A stretch of DNA of 37,436 nt, from assembly GCF_004010195.1 (NCBI RefSeq), contig NC_057719.1, positions 64,425,794-64,463,229 on the forward strand, given 5' to 3'. Source of the stretch: Chiloscyllium plagiosum (lineage: Eukaryota). The notes beneath the pieces are model-generated. The model did no database searches, was not told where the DNA came from, and saw only the letters and a list, made by a program, of their open reading frames with translations. The stretch's first letter is position 1. The number at the start of each line of letters is the position of its first letter. Shown here in pieces: positions 33,558 to 37,436 of this stretch. Position numbers and translations under genes: made by a program.

Positions 33558-34043
33558 ACAGACAAAGACCCACATGCACACATATATTTTGTGGGGTGAA
33601 TTTGTACTTGCAGGGTTACATTGTACTTTGCTAAAAAACTGCATAAATTCATGTAAAACTCCGTTATCTCACTTTTTAGATTAGAATCAATCTAAACATC
33701 ATGGCATAGACAGAGAACACAGGGGGATAACACCTTCAACATATTGTCTAGCTATCACCATTGTTAACAGCTAATCCGAGAATGCGACTTTTTTAAAAAA
33801 AACGTTTTGTGATTTACACATGAAAGAAGTGAAACAATCACTGTATTCTAACAGATGAAAGGCTTAACAGACAATCAATTTTTCAATGTATAATTTCAGT
33901 TACATCACACTGTAAATGTTTGCTATAAATTCTGTGTTAGGATTGAGCCCTCTACTACCACCTGATGAAGGAGCCTCGCTCCAAAAGCTCATGTGCTTCC
34001 AATTAAACCTGTTGGACTATAACCTGGTGTTGTGTGACTTTTA
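33558..34043 (+). mobile_element. Penelope family 2 3' tail with a degenerate hammerhead (33958-33995)
   Basis: CAC-CTGATGA-A-GGAGC/CTC/GCTCC-AAAAGCTC (GAAA changed to AAAA), then CCAATTAAACCTGTTGGACTATAACCTGGTGTTGTGTGA. Confidence 0.85.
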
Positions 34044-35715
34044 GCTAGAAGCTAGGGTTTGACCTCATACTGCAGGCTTAGCACATGAGAAAATGTAATT
34101 TCTGAATTTGGCTTTTTGCCAAGGAGTGTGGTTTTGGGATGTAACTGTATTGGAACAGTCAATTAGTAATCATTACTGCACCTATTATTGTGCACATTTA
34201 CCAGATATAATTCTTTTCACTACTGTCTTTCCCCAAGACGTGTAGACAGAATACCTCGCTAACTTTTCTCTGATGTTGGTTACGTTGAGGTAGTGACAAC
34301 TGTTTAGGATTTTTTTTCTCGCTTGGATGGCATGAAGATTTCCAGAACTAAACTGTTCTTCTGCTGGGAAGAATCTATTTTTTTTCTCCACCAAAACTTG
34401 ATACACCCCCCACCAGCACTGTTTAGAGGAGTTGTCAACCACTCATAGGTGAGTTAATTTCTTCTGGTTATTGTTACATGTCTGCACATTTTTGCTGTTT
34501 TGTGTAATTTATTCAAGTTTCGAATCTCTATAGGGAGGGGTGTGGCAGGGGCTGAAGGACTTTTTGTTGAATTCACATTTTTTGCACAAATTGGCTACTT
34601 CTCAGAACCAACAGTTACTTAGAGAATGAGTAGAGGTCACACAGAACAGGACAAGATTTTGGAAGAAGGAGGATGATGAGGCCCGATGTACTGTTAGTTA
34701 GAGGCCATATCCAAACAGGAATTCAGGGAGCAAATCTTCAACTGACCCTTAGTGAGAAACAAGATGTATAACATTTGTATTTCAGTAAAATATCCTCTCT
34801 GAAATGTGACACCGACTACAGCTGGAATAGGACAAGGACTGGAACTGTGACAATGACTGTGGTAATGACTTTAAGACATCCATGTCTTTCCTGGCTGAAG
34901 CTGAAGGTAATAATAGTCAAGAGTGTGCCTCCTCCTGCCATTGCTGGGATTAATCTAACTGCAGGCAAGCCTGCAAATCAGCAGGGAGCAGGCCCCTGCC
35001 CTAAAACAGCCCACAGATCACTTGCTTGGGTCCTGGATCCTTGGAAACATCCCCAGCCATCGATGTGGCAGTGATCTTCACAGGAGTCATTGGCTTCTGT
35101 CTGGTTGTCAGTTGCTTTCAGGAAGAACAGCTGCTTTCCAGGCCCTGGTGAAGGCCCACCAGTGGCCCAATTGACAGAAGATCTGTTGGACTTTCCTCAG
35201 AAGGTGGCTGTCTCAGCTCATTGGGTTTGCAGCTGGTAGGTGAGACCCACGCTGCTTTCAGAAATTTTACTCCAGATATGAGCTGAAGGGTACTACTGTC
35301 CCTCCTCCATAAAACAAAAGATGTGGAATAGAAAGGAAGAGGAAAACCAGATTTTCAAAGAAAGAATTCTGCAATCCTGGAGGTATGCAAAATGGAAAAG
35401 TACAGGGATGAAAGAATTATGTGATATTTATGTTTCAAAAAGGGGAGGAAAATATGATCCTTAGTGTCAACTGATAGAAGAATAACCTATTGAAGCCTGT
35501 TATTGTTGCATGAATAAAACTTCGAACATCAATTGAATGTGGCAGTAGAGAAGGACTTGGGGCAATTTGACAAGGAGACTGATTTAAATTGAGACAGAAA
35601 GACAATGAATGAAGACAGCAAAGCTAAAAATGTGAAAGAAGATACAAGCGAATCTGCTTATAATTTCAAACATTTTTTAATAAATATTTTATATTTATAT
35701 TTTATAAATAAAGGA

Positions 35716-37436
35716 TTCTGGGTAATCCAAGATGGAGGACGGGAAAAATTTCTGGCTGTAAGAGCTGCTCCTTTTTTTGAGGTATTTTAGGTGTTGGAGG
35801 TGATTTCCTCGAATTCCAGGAGCAGCAATTACTGTTTTATATGCTGTTGCATTGTTTCGGAACTTTGGAAAAAAAAAGTCAAAACAACAGCAGTTTAAAA
35901 GGGAGAAGAGCAGACAAAGGAAGCACATGGTGAGGACAGTGCAGGAGAGACAGAGAGAGAGAGAGACAGAGAGAGAGAACCTGCACAGTTACCGCCTTTG
36001 CTGTTTGATTTCGTGTATCGCTGCACATCGGAGTGCATCTGGGAAAATTAACAAACTGAAATTCACAACTAATCTTGGAGGAATTGTTGGGCGAAGTTCA
36101 CAGCACAGAATCAGATAAGTTAATTGTTGTTTTAAGTTTGTCCATGAGAAAGGTTGCAGTAGTGGGTATAGTGGATTCTTTCTTGGTTATATGTTTTTGG
36201 AGATAAGTCTCTTGGATAAACTTAAAATATAAGCCATTGCTATTAATTTAACCTGGGGCAGTGTTTGTAGAGGAATAAGACAGTGTTATTTTCTGGGTCT
36301 GTAGATTGTGAAGGAGCAAAAATGGCCTTTGCAGTGATATGTACTCTTGTCAGATGTGGGAGTTTAAAGAGCGTTTAAGGGTTACTGCGGATTATATCTG
36401 CCAAAAATGCTGTTGGATGCGATTCTTATCAGATCGAGTGGATCGGTTGGAGAGACAGATAGAAGCAATGAGGAATTTGCAACAGCAACAGTATGTGATG
36501 GATGGCACTTATAGGAAGGGGGGTAAGTCTCAGATACAGTCACATAGATGGGTTAACTCCAGCAAGGGTAAGAGAAGTAGGCAGCTAGTGCAGGAGTCTT
36601 TTGTGGATATACCCATTTCAAACAGGTATGCTGTTTTGGAAAATGTAGGGGGTGATGGATTCTCAAGGGAATGTAGCACGAACAGCCAAGTTTCTGGTAT
36701 TGAGAAAGGCTCTAATACAACAAGGGCTTCCAAGAGATCAATTGTGTTAGGCAATTCTGTAGTCAGAGGTACAGACAGACGTTTCTGTGGCCAGCAGAGA
36801 AAAAGCAGAATGGTGTGTTGTTTCCCTGGTGCCAGGATCAAGGATACCTCAGAGAGGGCGCAGAATGTTCTCACAGGGGAGAGGGGTCAGCAAGAGGTAA
36901 TTGTCCACATTGGAACCAATGACTTTGGAAGGAAAAAGGTTGAGATTCTGAAGGGAGATCACAGAGAGTTAGGCAGAAATTTAAAAAGGATGTCCTAAAG
37001 TGTAGTAATATCTGGATTACTCCCAGTGCTACGAGCTAGTGAGGGCAGGAATAGGAGGGTAGAGGAGATGAATGCATGGCTGAGGAGCTGGTGTATGGGA
37101 GAAGGATACACATTTTTGGATCATTGGAATCTCTTTTGGGGTAGAAGTGACCTGTACAAGAAGGACGGATTGCACCTAAATTGGAATGTGAGACTGTAGG
37201 GAAATGGATGGTGACATCTTGCAAAATATCCAGATTACAGAAGAGGAAGTGCTGGATGTGTTGAAACTGTTAAAGGTGGAAAAATCCCCAGGACCTGATC
37301 AGTGTACCCGAGAACTTTGTGGGAAGCTAGAGAAGTGATTGCTGGGCCTCTTGCTGAGATATTTGTATCATCAATAGTCACAGGTGAGGTGCCAGAAGAC
37401 TGGAGGTTGGCAAACGTGGTGCCGCTGTTTAAGAAG
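35716..37436 (+). mobile_element. CR1 LINE with 5' UTR and ORF1, then an internally deleted ORF2; runs off the right edge of the window
   Basis: 5' UTR homologous to 17362-17765 with a (GA)-rich tract at 35945-35978; ORF1 below. After about 37190 it jumps to ITEEEVLDVLKLLKVEKSPGPD...LWEAREVIAGPLAEIFVSSIVTGEVPEDWRLANVVPLFK. Confidence 0.92.
36322..37190 (+). pseudogene. CR1 ORF1p: zinc finger/leucine zipper plus SGNH/GDSL esterase-like domain, with a premature stop at 36996-36998
   Basis: YSCQMWEF...YICQKC, LSDRVDRLERQI, SIVLGNSVVRG (GDS block), CFPGARIKD, VIVHIGTND, then past the stop VVISGLLP...FLDHW...DGLHLN. Confidence 0.9.

Noticed and set aside
34920..35275. GC-richer island, possible non-autonomous DNA transposon
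   Set aside because: No matching terminal inverted repeats or TSD could be identified.
1..37436. Prokaryotic-type systems (operons, CRISPR, defence islands) or an intact novel gene cluster
   Set aside because: The content is vertebrate-type repeats with pervasive stops and frameshifts; nothing supports such a system.

Overview
Eukaryotic, repeat-dense genomic DNA, most likely from a cartilaginous fish (shark), judged from HE1-like tRNA-derived SINEs and their CR1/HER1-like partner LINEs; this assignment comes from recalled family resemblance, not a database search. I find no convincing host gene, and most track ORFs are transposon fragments or antisense shadows. The window is a nested set of decayed mobile elements: (1) a Gypsy-type LTR retrotransposon on the minus strand (1-4557) with its 5' LTR, a degenerate tRNA-Pro PBS, a SCAN-domain gag and a protease-then-integrase order typical of the Gmr1 clade; (2) several CR1 LINEs, one with its 5' UTR and esterase-type ORF1; (3) four copies of a second old CR1/L2-group LINE; (4) RTE and Rex1/Babar fragments; (5) HE1-like and other tRNA SINEs; (6) a Tc1/mariner-type MITE; (7) two families of Penelope-like elements whose tails carry minimal hammerhead ribozyme motifs, several inserted as inverted (hairpin) structures or as tiny TSD-flanked tail fragments. 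I see no evidence of a wholly new biological system. The most interesting signals are the hammerhead-bearing Penelope tails with their insertion geometry and the Gmr1/SCAN retroelement.
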